From Octopus sinensis (lineage: Eukaryota): a stretch of DNA of 64,000 nt. Made by a program: the position numbers and the translations under genes. Shown here piece by piece: positions 12,563 through 25,143 of this stretch. The stretch spans positions 4,835,360-4,899,359 of the forward strand of contig NC_043019.1 of the NCBI RefSeq assembly GCF_006345805.1, written 5' to 3'. Under the pieces are notes generated by a model, which was not told where the DNA came from, searched no databases, and worked only from the letters and a program-made list of their open reading frames with translations. Each line of letters begins with the position of its first letter. Position 1 is the first letter of the stretch.

Positions 12563-12643
12563 TTAAAAATTGTATAATACAGCAGCATTTTCGAACTTCA
12601 TTTTTTACAAATATATACCTACTCGTATACGAGCTAATCCTAT

Positions 12644-12649
<6 letters not shown>

Positions 12650-12706
<57 letters not shown>

Positions 12707-13038
12707 TATATATTGCTATTAATTATCGATTATGAATAAACATAAAGTTGTTTTTTTGTATTATTACCAATAAATATTATTGGAAGTGACTTGATTTCAG
12801 AAACAAAATCTTTCAGGTTTTACTTTCTTTCTTTTTTTATATAATTTCGAAATATCACACACACACGCACATACGCATACACACACGCACACACTCGCAC
12901 TCACACACGCACACACGTACTCCCGCATGCATACAAATATACATGCATCTTAATATATATACACATGCGTTTATACATATTTCTGTATCTATATATATAT
13001 ATATATGGATCTATTGCATTTATAAAGGTGCATGTGTG

Positions 13039-13071
<33 letters not shown>

Positions 13072-13991
13072 GTGTTAGTGTGTGTGTGTGTGTTAGTGTG
13101 TGTGTGTGTGTGTGCGCGTGTGTGTATGTGCGTGTGTGAAATACATGTAGCACATACACACAAACATACTCTCACACTCTTTTGTACATACGCTCGTACG
13201 TGCACACATACAATCATACGTACATGTACACAAGCATGCGTAAATAGAAACTTTCCTATATACAATGAAACACACACACACACACACTCATGCATACATA
13301 CACACACACACACATACACTTATACATACATACATACATACATACACACACTCATACATACACACACACACTCATACATACATACATACATACACACACT
13401 CACTCATACACCCACACACACTCATACATACATACACACACACACTCACTCATACATACACACATACACACATACACACCACACTCATACATACATACAC
13501 ACACACACTCATACATACACACACACACATACATACATACATACATACATACATACATACATACATACATACACACACATACACACATACACGCATACAT
13601 ACAGCTTCCAAAATATTCCTAGAAAGAAGCTATTGTGAAGGCTGCACCTGCAACTCTCTGTTCAAGTAATTCTGTAAACGTATATAATACATGCTTCTTC
13701 GTAGGAATCGCTTCACTCTCACTAACTACGCTGACACTACACACAAATCCATCTGCTTATTTGTATTTCCTGCTTTATATACACACTTCCTGACTACTCC
13801 ACTCACCTTACACAATCATCAAATATGAATTCGTACATTTCAAATTGCATGTCTTTCTTTGTAGGTTTCTGTTCTTCGCTTCCGAACCAGAATTTTCTTC
13901 TTTTCCTTTGTTGCGCGTTTCCTTACTTAGCGCTCGTCAGAATTGCATATATCGTTTAGATGTTCATTTACATGAATGACTTAGTAAGAAG

Positions 13992-14081
<90 letters not shown>

Positions 14082-14110
14082 TTTGTGTGTACACACATAC
14101 GCACATAAAT
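12650..14110. repeat. Compound (TA)n, (TG)n, (CA)n and (CATA)n microsatellites
   Basis: Direct inspection. Confidence 0.95.
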
Positions 14111-14167
14111 ACAAATACATGTATACTTATACATACATGAACATGATATATGTACATACGTATGTAT

Positions 14168-14345
14168 AGGCGTAGGAGTGGCTGTGTGGTAAGCAGCTTA
14201 TTTACCAACCACATGGTTCCGGGTCCAGTCCCACTGCGTGGTACCTTGGGCAAGTGTCATCTACTATAGCCTCGGTCCGACCAAAGCCTTGTGAGTGGAT
14301 TTGGTAGACGGAAACTAAAAGAAGCCCGTCGTATATATGTATATA
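14168..14345 (+). mobile_element. SINE-A, 5' half
   Basis: Head through gaagcccgtcgtatat. Confidence 0.85.
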
Positions 14346-14357
14346 TAAATATATATA

Positions 14358-14905
14358 TATACAAGATAAGAAAATGGAGAAATACATCTAAATCAAATAT
14401 CAATTACCAGATAATACTCAATCACATACTTTATTAAATCACCACATAAGAGACTGTAGGGTTAAACATAAAAAGCAGAACAAATCAGTGTACATAAAGG
14501 AATGTACAAAAAAAAAAGTGTACATAAAAGAGTAATGTTGTATAATAAGTAGAATATATAAAAAAGAGAATATAAATATAAGTAAATATAAATATAAGTA
14601 TATACTACATCTTACAGCTGCAAGATGTAGTCTATACTTATATTTATATTTACTTATATTTATATTTACTTATATTTATATTTACTTATATTCTCTTTTT
14701 TTATATATATTCTACTTATTATACAACATTACTCTTTTATGTATACTTTTTTTTGTACATTCCTTTATGTACACTGATTTGTTCTGCTTTTTTTATGTTT
14801 AACCCTACAGTCTCTTATGTGGTGGTCTAATAAAGAATGTGATTGAGTATTATCTGGTAATTGATATTTGATTTAAATGTATTTCTCCATTTTCTTATCT
14901 TGTAT
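14358..14905. mobile_element. ~548-bp foldback with ~260-bp arms and no loop, centred on CAG|CTG (14617/14618)
   Basis: atacaagataagaaaatggagaaatac at the left end mirrors gtatttctccattttcttatcttgtat at the right end; centre actacatcttacagctgcaagatgtagt. Confidence 0.85.
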
Positions 14906-15076
14906 TAGTAATTTGTGGTAAATCATTTTACCTTTGCCCATATAATACAGTAAATGAATTGACTGCATCGCAATCCTTAACATTTATGTATTAACTTTGT
15001 TGGGTACTTCACTAGCAGTATATTGGATATATGTTATCCCATGGAGGGTTGCATTTACAACCCCTATCTCAATTTG

Positions 15077-15122
<46 letters not shown>

Positions 15123-15409
15123 TATATGTATGTATGTGTGTGTGTATGTTTGTATGTCTGTGTTTGTCACCCCCAACATCGCTTGACAACCGATGCTGGT
15201 GTGTTTACGTCGCCGTAACATAGCTAAGCATGTCGCCTGGCCTGCAAACGTTCCTGCCAGCTCGCCGCCAATCAACGGGACATCCTGCTCGTGAAATTAA
15301 CGTATAGGTGACTGAGTACTCCACAGACACGTGCACCCTTAACGAAGAGATCCGAAAAATTCAGCGTGACACGGGATATGACTAAACTGGTCCTGTGAAA
15401 TACGAGCAC

Positions 15410-15568
15410 TACTACTACTACTACTACTCATTTCTGCCAGCTGTGTGAACTGGAACAACGGGAAATAAGGTGTCTTACTCAAGGACACAACGCGCTGCCG
15501 GGAATTGAACTCACGACCTTACGATCGGGAGCTGAACACCCTAACAATTAAGCCACGCGTCTTCACAA
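15410..15568 (-). mobile_element. CORE-type SINE fragment (another family)
   Basis: Reverse complement shows the head gagttcaattccc and a gtgtccttgagtaagacacc core. Confidence 0.7.
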
Positions 15569-15658
15569 CTAAAGCGACAAACGGTGGACGAATATCATAT
15601 GCATATTTTCCGATAAAAATATTCGGCGTTTCCAGAAGATATTCACGTGCCTCACCCA

Positions 15659-15831
15659 TAGGCGCAGGAGTGGCTGTGTGGTAAGTAGCTTGTTTACCAA
15701 CCACATGGTTCCGGGTTCAGTCCCACTGCGTAGCATCTTGGGCAAGTGTCTTCTGCTATAGCCCCGGGCCGACCAATGCCTTGTGAGTGGATTTGGTAGA
15801 CGGAAACTGAAAGAAGCCTGTCGTATATATG

Positions 15832-15862
<31 letters not shown>

Positions 15863-16079
15863 TTGTGTGTCTGTGTTTGTCCCTCTAGCATTGCTTGACA
15901 ACCGTTGCTGGTGTGTTTACGTCCCCGTAACTTAGCGGTTCGGCAAAAAAGTCCGATAGAATAAGTACTGGGCTTACAAAAAATAAGTCCCCGGGGTCGA
16001 TTTGCTCGACTAAAGGCGGTGCTCCAGCATGGCCGCAGTCAAATGACTGAAACAAGTAAAAGAGTAAAAGAGTAAAGAG
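15659..16079 (+). mobile_element. SINE-A, full length
   Basis: Same consensus. Confidence 0.9.
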
Positions 16080-16208
16080 TAATTGATAATATTTTTGCTC
16101 ATTTACTATGCATGTTTGCTTGCATATGGATAATTAACATCAACTATTTGCCGAATTTTTGAAACAACTCTAAAAGAACATCTCCATCTAGTAACATGAA
16201 TAAATATA

Positions 16209-16630
16209 GGATCTTTTCGGTTTGACCGGCAGTTTTTTTCTAGCGGTGTCATATGAAATTGTCACCCATAATTATGACCCTAGTATCGATCTATTGCATT
16301 TCAATCTGTTTTAGGGTTAGGGTTAGGGTTGGGGGTAGGGAAGGGTATTTTTTATTCTTCACAAATGTAAATAAACCCAATGTGTTTCTTAAACGAGGGA
16401 CATATTCATACGGCACAGAATGTTTTTTACCTTAATAGACGTCATTGATTGGTTGAAATTGCAGAAATTGAAGAAAAAAAGCAACAAATATCTTACAAAC
16501 TATAGAATTTTCTCAATAAAGCCAAGAGAAAAAGATGGTTTATAAACACATTCTACCAGTATACGAAGTTTAAAATTTTTTAGTTACCTAAAAATTATGT
16601 TAAAAAGTGCCGTTCAAACCGAAAAGATCC
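16209..16630 (+). mobile_element. MITE, GGATCTTTTCGGTTTGA TIRs, 8-bp TSD TAAATATA (Merlin-like or hAT)
   Basis: TIRs at both ends; TAAATATA at 16201-08 and 16631-38; internal (TTAGGG)3. Confidence 0.9.
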
Positions 16631-16642
16631 TAAATATATTTA

Positions 16643-17690
16643 AGGCGGCAAGCCGGCGGAATTGTTAGCACGTCGGGCTAAATACTTAGCGGCACTTCCT
16701 CAGTCTTTACGTTCTGAATTCAAATTCCACCGAGGTCGACTTTGCCTTCTATCCTTTCGGGGTCGATTAAATAAATATCAGTTGAGCACTGGGGTCAAAG
16801 TAATCGATTTTCCCCTTCCCCCGAAATTGTTGGCCTTGCACCAGAATTTGAAACCAATATGAATAAATATGGAGACACATGGACTAATGGTTAGAGCAGC
16901 GGACTCGCGGTTGAGGGATCGCAGGTTCTAATCTCAGACCGGGCGATGTGTGTGTTTATGAGTGAAACACCTAAGCTCCACGCGGCTCCAGCAGAAGGTA
17001 ATGGCGAAGTTATATTGACTGGTACTTAATTTATCGGCACCGAAAGGATGAAAGGCAAAGTCGACGACGGCGGAATTTGAACTCAGAACGTAAAGGCATT
17101 TCTTTACTACCAACAAGGGGCTAAACACAGAGAGGACAAACAAGGACAGACAAACGGATTAAGTCGATTATATCGACCCCAGTGCATAACTGGTACTTAA
17201 TTTATCGACCCCGAAAGGCTGAAAGGCAAAGTCGACCTTGGCGGAATTTGAACTCAGAACGTAACGGCAGACGAAATACCTATTTCTATTTCTTTATTAC
17301 GCACAAGGGGCTAAACACAGAAGGGACAAACAAGGACAGACAAACGGATTAAATCGATTATATCGATTAGATAATCGATCCCGAAAGGCTGAAAGGCAAA
17401 GTCGACCTCGGCGGAATTTGAAGTCAGAACGTAGCAGCAGACGAAATACCTATTTCTTTATTACCCACAAGGGGCTAAACATAGAGGGGACAAACAAGGA
17501 CAAACATAGGTATTAAGTCGATTATATCGACCCCAGTGCGTAACTGGTACTTATTTAATCGACCCCGAAAGGATGAAAGGCAAAGTCGACCTCGACGGAA
17601 TTTGAACTCAGAACGTAACGACAGACAAAATACCGCTGAGCATTTCGCCCGGCGTGCTAACGTTTCTGCCAGCTCGCCGCCTTGGAAAGC
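16643..17690. mobile_element. SINE-B (+16643-16858), V-domain-like SINE head (+16868-17010) and SINE-B multimer (-17020-17690)
   Basis: Consensus matches. Confidence 0.8.
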
Positions 17691-18289
17691 AAGATTCTTA
17701 CCACACAGCCACGCCCGCGCCTATAGAAATATGAATAAGTATATGTAACATCTCATATAAACTCTTGAAATCTATAATTGTTAGCCCAACTTTTTGTCTC
17801 TTTAAATACGCACGCACGCGCGCACTCAGAGTAGGAGGAGGGAAAAGAGGAGAGACAGAGGAGGGGCCATTTGAAGCAGAACAATGCGTGATGTGTGTAT
17901 TGAATGAGACGTAGGTATAAAAACGATGTCAAATAGTTGGAGTAGATAAGAAATCGAATCCATGCTTGTCATGCATCCTCATGAGAATTTACCAGAGAAT
18001 TACCATTCTTGTAGAAGATATTATTATTCCGCTCTCTGTCTGTTTGGTAACTTTATTACATTGCTCACTTGGAGTGTTACATGGCGTCTTTATCTGGAAA
18101 TAGTTCCTGCTATTGTGCTTTGAATATGCGAGTCGTATGAATATGTATGAATGAACGAGTAAGACAGGGGAGGAGATATAGGGTGAGAGATATGTGTGTG
18201 TGCGTCTGTTTGAGGCTCTGTGTGTGTGTATGTGTGTGTGGTGTGTGTGTGTGTGTGTGTGTGTGTGCGTACATGGCTGTATGTGCATG

Positions 18290-18679
18290 TGTGGAGGCGC
18301 AATGGCCCAGTGGTTAGGGCAGCGGACTCGCGGTCGTAGGATCGCGGTTTTGATTCCCAGACCGGGCGTTGTGAGTGTTTATTGAGCGAAAACACCTAAA
18401 AAAAGCTCCACGCGGCTCCGGCAGGGGATGGTGGTGATCCCTGCTGTACTCTTTCACCACAACTTTCTCTCACTCTTACTTCCTGTTTCTGCTGTACCTG
18501 TATTTCAAGGGGCCGGCCTTGTCACTGTCTGTGTCACGCTGAATATCCCCGAGAACTACGTTAGGGTACACGTGTCTGTGGAGTGCTCAGCCACTTACAC
18601 GTTAATTTCACGAGCAGGCTGTTCCGTTGATTCGGATCAACCGGAACCCTCGTCGTCGTAACCGACGGAGTGCTTCCCC
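18290..18679 (+). mobile_element. SINE-C (tRNA-like head ggcgcaatggcccagtggttagg, OR1-like), full length
   Basis: A/B boxes; tail ...cgtcgtaaccgacggagtgcttcc. Confidence 0.88.
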
Positions 18680-18817
18680 ATCCATGTGCATGTCTGTGAC
18701 CAAGTGAGTTACGTGACTTTGTACATGTTATGTCTGTGTGTGTATGTTTCCATATCTTGCGTTTTATGTTTATTTGCTAAAACAAATTTGGACATTTTGG
18801 TTAATCAATTTATTTCC

Positions 18818-19467
18818 TCTTTTACTTGTTTCAAGTCATTTGACTGTGGCCATACTGGAGCACCGCTTTTAGTCGAGCAGATCAACCCCAGGACTTATTC
18901 TTTGTAAGCCTAGTACTTATTCTATCGGTGTCTTTTGTCGAACCGCTAAGTGACGGGGACGTAAAGGCGGCGAGCTGGCAGAAACGTTAGCACGCCGAGC
19001 GAAATGCTTAGCAGTATTTCATCTGACGCTACGTTCTGAGTTCAAATTCCGCCGAAGTCGACTTTGCCTTTCGTCCTTTCAGGGTCGATTAAATAAGTAC
19101 CAGTTACGCACTGGGGTCGATATAATTGACTTAATCTGTTTGTCTGTCCTTGTTTGTCCCCCTCTGTGTGTAGCCCCTTGTGGGCAGTAAAGAAATAAGT
19201 TACGGGGACGTGAACACACCAGCATCGGTTGTCAAGCAATGTTGTTGGGGACAAACACAGACGCACAAACATATACAAATATATACAAATATATACATAT
19301 ATACGACGTACTTCGTTCAGTTTCCGTCTACCAAATCCACTCACAAGGCTTTGGTCGGCCCGAGGCTATAGTAGAAGACACCTGCCCAAGATGCCACGCA
19401 GTGGGACTGAACCCGGAACCATGTGGTTGGTAAGCAAGCTACTTGCCACACAGCCACTCCCACGCCT
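18818..19467 (-). mobile_element. SINE-A interrupted by SINE-B (18964-19198)
   Basis: Duplicated taagt(g/t)acggggacgt(a/g)a flanking the insert. Confidence 0.85.
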
Positions 19468-19673
19468 ATTGCAACAATATCCATAATATTTTAAAGCCAG
19501 GTCTCCGATATTATAATTATTATATAAGGTGACAAGCTGGTAGAATCGTAAGCACATCGGGCAAAATGTTCAGCGGCATTTCCTACGTTGTGAGTTCGAA
19601 TTCCGCCGAGATCGACTTTGTCTTTCATCCTTTCGGGGTCGATGAAATAAGTACCATTTGAGCTACGGGATTG

Positions 19674-19945
19674 GGATCTTTTCGCTTTGACCGGCAGAGT
19701 TTTAAAATAATTTCTTTGTAACTAAACAGTTTTAAACTTCGTATACTGGTAGAATGTGTTTATAAAACAGCTTTTTCTCTTGGCTTTCTTGAGAAAATTC
19801 TGTAGTTTGTAAGCTATTTGTTGTTTAATTTCTTGCATTTCGGAAATTTCAACCAATCAATGACGTCTATTGAGGTGAATACAATTTCTGCGGTTGTTTG
19901 TCAACAATTTTCTGGCGGTGTCATATCAATCTGTCACTGTTATTT
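19674..19945 (-). mobile_element. Truncated copy of the same MITE family
   Basis: One TIR plus the aaacttcgtatactggtagaatgtg body. Confidence 0.75.
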
Positions 19946-20366
19946 ATGACATATTTCATATCAGTTACGTTCGTATGAATAAAAGATTATCGTTATTAAA
20001 CTTTCATTAATAAACACATATTCTAAGAACCCGGAACCATGTGGTTCGTAAGCAAGCTACTTACCACACACCCACTCCGTAATCTATTTAAGCTTCTTAT
20101 ACTAGAATGTCCTCGTCATTTTGCTGGTCCCTCAAACAAATGAATTTAGCAATGGGTAAAGATACACGTCTGGCTTTTGACTAGGATCCGTAGAAGAGAA
20201 ATGCAGATTGTTTGGTGTCCATCCTTTGTGAGTGTCCTTCGATTACGTCTCTATTGTGTTTTTTAACTTAAGTATAGTATCCACAGTACTTTATTTACAT
20301 ATACAAGTTAGATGGATATTGTGAAGGAATATCTTTATGAAAATGTTTCAATTGCATCAAGACGTA

Positions 20367-20583
20367 CTCTTTTTACTCTTTACTCTTTTACTTGTTTCAG
20401 TCATTTGACTGCGGCCATGCTGGAGCACCGCCTTTAGTCGAGTAAATCGACCCCGGGACTTATTCTTTGTAAGCCCAGTACTTATTCTATCGGTCTCTTT
20501 TGCCGAACCGCTAAGTGACGGGGACATAAACACACCAGCATCGGTTGTCAAGCAATGCTAGGGGGACAAACACAGACATACAA

Positions 20584-20633
<50 letters not shown>

Positions 20634-20793
20634 GACGGGCTTCTTTCAGTTTCCATTTACCAAATCCACTCACAAGGCATTGGTCGGCCCGAGGCTATAG
20701 CAGAAGACACTTGCCCAAGGTGCCACGCAGTGGGACTGAACCCGGAACCATGTGGTTGGTTAGCAAGCTACTTACCACACAGCCACTCCTGCG
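20367..20793 (-). mobile_element. SINE-A, full length
   Basis: Same consensus. Confidence 0.9.
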
Positions 20794-20969
20794 ACGTGTT
20801 CGCAATTTTTTCTTTTTTTTTCTTTTTGTCATAAACAGTTATTTAAAAGATTAAGAAACACGACATGGCTATCAAGAATTACTTAACCGATATTTTTTGC
20901 AAAAGCGAGTGAGTCATATGTATCTCTGCAACGAAAAAGAAGTGGATGTTTTTTTTTTTCAGGATGGGG

Positions 20970-21355
20970 GAATGGAAGCCCTCCGTCGCTTACGACGACG
21001 AGGGTTCCGGTTGATCCGAATCAACGGAACAGCCTGCTCGTGAAATTAACGTGTAAGTGGCTGAGCACTCCACAGACACGTGCACCCTTAACGTAGTTCT
21101 CAGGGATATTCAGCGTGACACAGAGTGACAAGGCCGGCCCTTTGAAATACAGGTACAACAGAAACAGGAAGTAAGCGTGAGAGAAAGTTGTGGTGAAAGA
21201 GTACAGCAGGGATCACCACCATCCCCTGCTGGAGCCTCGTGGAGCTTTTAGGTGTTTTCGCTCAATAAACACTCACAACGCCCGGTCTGGGAATCGAAAC
21301 CGCGATCCTATGACCGCGAGTCCGCTGCCCTAACCACTGGGCCATTGCGCCTCCA
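20970..21355 (-). mobile_element. SINE-C, full length
   Basis: Same consensus. Confidence 0.88.
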
Positions 21356-21657
21356 CTTTTTCAGGATATCAGCTATGGAATAAAATACTTCTAACTCAGA
21401 GTTTTCCAACTCTTAGTTACTTCATTCAAGAATCTGTACTGATGGATTTTAGGAGGCTGAAATCTGATCCACAATTCTCTTGAAATCATCTTTGCAGCTG
21501 TAATTGTATTTTCCAAATTTGAAAAACGATGATAATTACGGGTACTAAAAAAAAAAACATTTAACGTTAGACAAGAGAAACAGGATTTCTGGCAGTGAAT
21601 TGAAACGCTCAATTAAATTTTGAAGGAATTCAGGCACCAAATTTCTGGTACGATATA

Positions 21658-22304
21658 TATTTCTTTACTGCCCACAAAGAGCTAAACACAGAGTGGACAA
21701 ACAAAGACAGACACTCGGATTAAGTCGATTACATCGACCCTAGTGCAAAACTGGTGCTTTATTTATCAACCCCGAAAAGATGAAAGGCAAAGTCGACCTC
21801 GGCGGAATTTGAACTCAGAACGTAACGACAGACGAAATACCGCTAAGCATTTCGCCCGGCGCGCTAACGTTTCCGCCAGCTCGCCGCCTCTATTTCTGGT
21901 ACGGTATATTTAATCAAATAAGGCGGCGAGCTGGCAGAAACGTTAGCACGCCGGGCGAAATGCTTAGCGGTATTTCGTCTGCGTTACGTTGTGAGTTCAA
22001 ATTCCGCCGAGGTCGACTTTGCCTTTCATCCTTTCGAGGTCGATAAATTAAGTACCAGTTACGCACTGGGGTCGATGTAATCGACTTAATACCTATGTCT
22101 GTTCTTGTTTGTCCCCTCTGTGTTTAGCCCCTTGTGGATAATAAAGAAATAGGTATTTCGTCTGCCGTTACGTTCTGAGTTCAAATTCCGCCGAGGTCGA
22201 CTTTGCCTTTCATCCTTTCGGGGTTGATGTAATCGACTCAATCCGTTTGTCTGTCCTTGTTTGTCCCCTCTATGTTTAGCCCCTTGTGGGTAATAAAAAA
22301 ATAA
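21658..22304. mobile_element. Head-to-head SINE-B pair (-21658-21889, +21921-22304) with overlapping 17-bp TSDs
   Basis: TSD1 21641-57/21892-908; TSD2 21904-20/22305-21. Confidence 0.88.
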
Positions 22305-22824
22305 GTATATTTAATCAAATATCCAGGCAGAGTTGTATTATTGCTTACAACATTCGACTTGCACGGATCTGATGTTTTGAAATATGTTAAAACATAAAAA
22401 CTAAATACCACAACAGTCTTAAGGTTGCACCACAACATATCCGATATTAAACAAAATTTTCAGAGAATACTGGAGCCCAAGAATCACCAACGTTAATAAT
22501 ATCTTTTCACTGCAATTATAAATGTATAACAATTAAAATCCGGGTGTCTTTGATCTTAGTATTCCTTTTGTGTTTTGGGCTCTACTTTTTTTTTTTATTA
22601 AAATCTAGGCATAGGAGTGACTGTGTGGTAAGCAGCTTGCTTACCAACCACATGGTTCTGGGTTCAGTCCCACTGCGTGGCATCTTGGGCAACCCTGAAC
22701 ACAGGACCCACACTGGATGTTGTCAACAAGAGCCAGCTGAACCCTGAACTTGTAACAGACAAAATTGCTATTTCCTGAATTGACTAAATTGCCATCCGCT
22801 AACCGCGTCTATACGCCAGATCGC

Positions 22825-24040
22825 GGGCGAAATGCTTAGCGGTATTTCGTCTGCTGCTACGTTCTGAGTTCAAATTCCGCCGAGGTCGACTTTGCCTTTC
22901 AAAGTCGATAAATTAAGTACCAGTAAAACACTGGGGTCGATATAATCGACTTAATCCGTTTGTCTGTCCTTGTGTATCCTGTCTGTGTTTAGCCCCTTGT
23001 GGGTAGTAAAGAAATAGGTATTTCGTCTGCCGTTACGCTCTGAGTTCAAATTCCGCCGAGGTCGACTTTGCCTTTCATCCTTTCGGGGTTGATAAATTAA
23101 GTACCAGTTACGCACTGGGGTCGATATAATCGACTTAATCCGTTTGTCTGTCCTTGTGTATCCTCTCTGTGTTTAGCTCCTTGTGGGTAGTAAAGAAATA
23201 GGTATAATATTATATCAGTAGAAAGAAAAGTTAGTTGTCAAATTTTAAAATTAATCTCTCCTGATTCGACTTAAACATGGCAAATTATGAAAATGACAAA
23301 TGTCTGCAAATCTAGGAAATAGCAAATTAAATACATGCCGACTGCTTGGCAGAGTCTGCCCTAACTTTAAACGAAGATTAATTTCATCCGGCGTTCTACT
23401 TATTCTGCAACAACAAAAGTTTGGTTATTTGGATATTTGATCGTTTGTTTGGTTGAATGTTTTCAAATAAGAATAATGACGAACTTATGCTGACTTATAG
23501 CGAAAACCACATACACGCTACATCACGTGACCGACCAGACCATCAGATGTTGTTACACATCGCTGGTCACAATGCGTTCGCATTGTTTTAGTCTTCGAAT
23601 GACGCCACCCCGCTGGCTAAGCGAGCAGGCCAACAGAAGAAAGAGTGGGAGAAAGAGTGGTGAAAGAGTACAGCAGGGATCACCACCATCCCTGCCGGAG
23701 CCTCGTGGAGCTTTTAGGTGTTTTTGCTCAATAAACACTCACAACGCCCGGTCTGGGAATCGAAACTGCGATCCTGCGTCCCCGCGAGTCCACTGCCCTA
23801 TAAACGAGAGATTTATATTTTAGAAACTTTTAAGGCAGTAAGCTGGCAGAATTGTTTGTACGCTAAGCAAAATAGGCGGCGAGCTGGCAGAGACGTTAGC
23901 ACGCAGGGCGAAATGCGTAGCCGTATTTTGTCTGCCACTAGGTTCTGAGTTCAAATTCCGCCGAGGTCGACTTTGCCTTTCATCCTTTCGGGGTCGATTA
24001 AATAAATACCAGTTACGCACTGGGGTCGATGTAATCGACT
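22825..24040. mobile_element. SINE-B dimer (+22825-23200), SINE-C part (-23530-23800) and SINE-B (+23875-24040)
   Basis: Consensus matches. Confidence 0.8.
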
Positions 24041-24531
24041 TAATCAGTTTGTCTGTCCTTATTTGTCCCCTCTGTGTTTAGCCCCTTGTGGGTACTAAAT
24101 ACTGCATGCTGTTTGGTCCAACGTCGTTCCTACTCTGCAACAAAAATAGCGTGACTGCTTGTTTGTTGGTTTTTTGAATTTAGAAGAAAAAAATTACTAA
24201 AACAGGAAATATTCGTAATAGGATTTAATTATAGCAATGTACGATCTGATATTGAAAAAATCGAATTGATAAAAATGTATTGGGTTGTTTTTCTCTCCAC
24301 TTTCGATTTGAGTTGACATTCCAGTGTTTAGATCTTCGACTCCACTTCTAATATTCTTTACAGGAAAAAAAACCCTCGGTTTTATCAATTTAGAAATTAT
24401 TAACAAAACGAAAGACGACACCGAAAAGAAATCTTCAATCGCTATGACAGTCAATAAGAAAGGTAAAAACACTAAATGAAAAAAAATAGTGTTTATTTAT
24501 ACACAGAAACGTACAATTATATATATATATA

Positions 24532-25041
24532 CTAGCAGTATCGCCCGGCGTTGCTCGGATTTCTAAGGGAAATAACTATATAAGCATTTTTACATAGTTA
24601 TTGCCAAAAAATAGCAAAAAAATGCATTAAAAATGGAAAAAAAATTATGGTAAATTTTTTTTTAAATCGTAGACTCATCGTAGACATTTTTAGGGAGTTA
24701 CTTCCCTTATATAATAGTGAAAAATGCATTAAAATGGAAAAAATGACGGTAAATTTTTTTTTTAAATCGTTGACTCATCGTAGACATTTTTAGAGAGTTA
24801 CTTCCCTTATATAATAGCGAAAAAATGCATTAAAATGGAAAAAAATTATGCTAAATTTTTTTTTTAAATCGTAGACTCATCGTAGACTCATCGTAGACGC
24901 GCGCTAATACCCAGAACGGCTCGATATGAATCACGACTATAAGATACTCGCTTTTGGTTAAACTGCACCGAAAAATGTGGGAGTAGTTAGGAATCTAAAT
25001 CGTATGAGACAGACACACAACCTCTCTTTTATATATAAAGA
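24532..25041 (-). mobile_element. Non-autonomous Helitron with three internal ~113-bp tandem repeats
   Basis: On the minus strand A|TC at the 5' end; GC hairpin then CTAG|T at the 3' end. Confidence 0.75.
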
Positions 25042-25143
25042 TATATATTAATGTTTCTAATGTTCAGTTATAAAAACAATTTTACATTAATGCGTTACTT
25101 TTGTACAATATAAATCTTATAATTGATAAACATTATATATATA

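Larger units (their letters stand above)
6487..12617. mobile_element. Penelope-like element (PLE) as a 6.1-kb head-to-head inverted duplication
   Basis: 6487-9122 is the near-identical reverse complement of 9977-12617; RT and GIY-YIG motifs occur in both arms. Confidence 0.95.

Noticed and set aside
16313-16335. (TTAGGG)n as a telomere or interstitial telomeric site (also 42099-42120)
   Set aside because: Only ~3 units, and part of the MITE consensus
18293-18370. tRNA genes at SINE heads
   Set aside because: A/B boxes are present but continue into SINE bodies; no complete cloverleaf established
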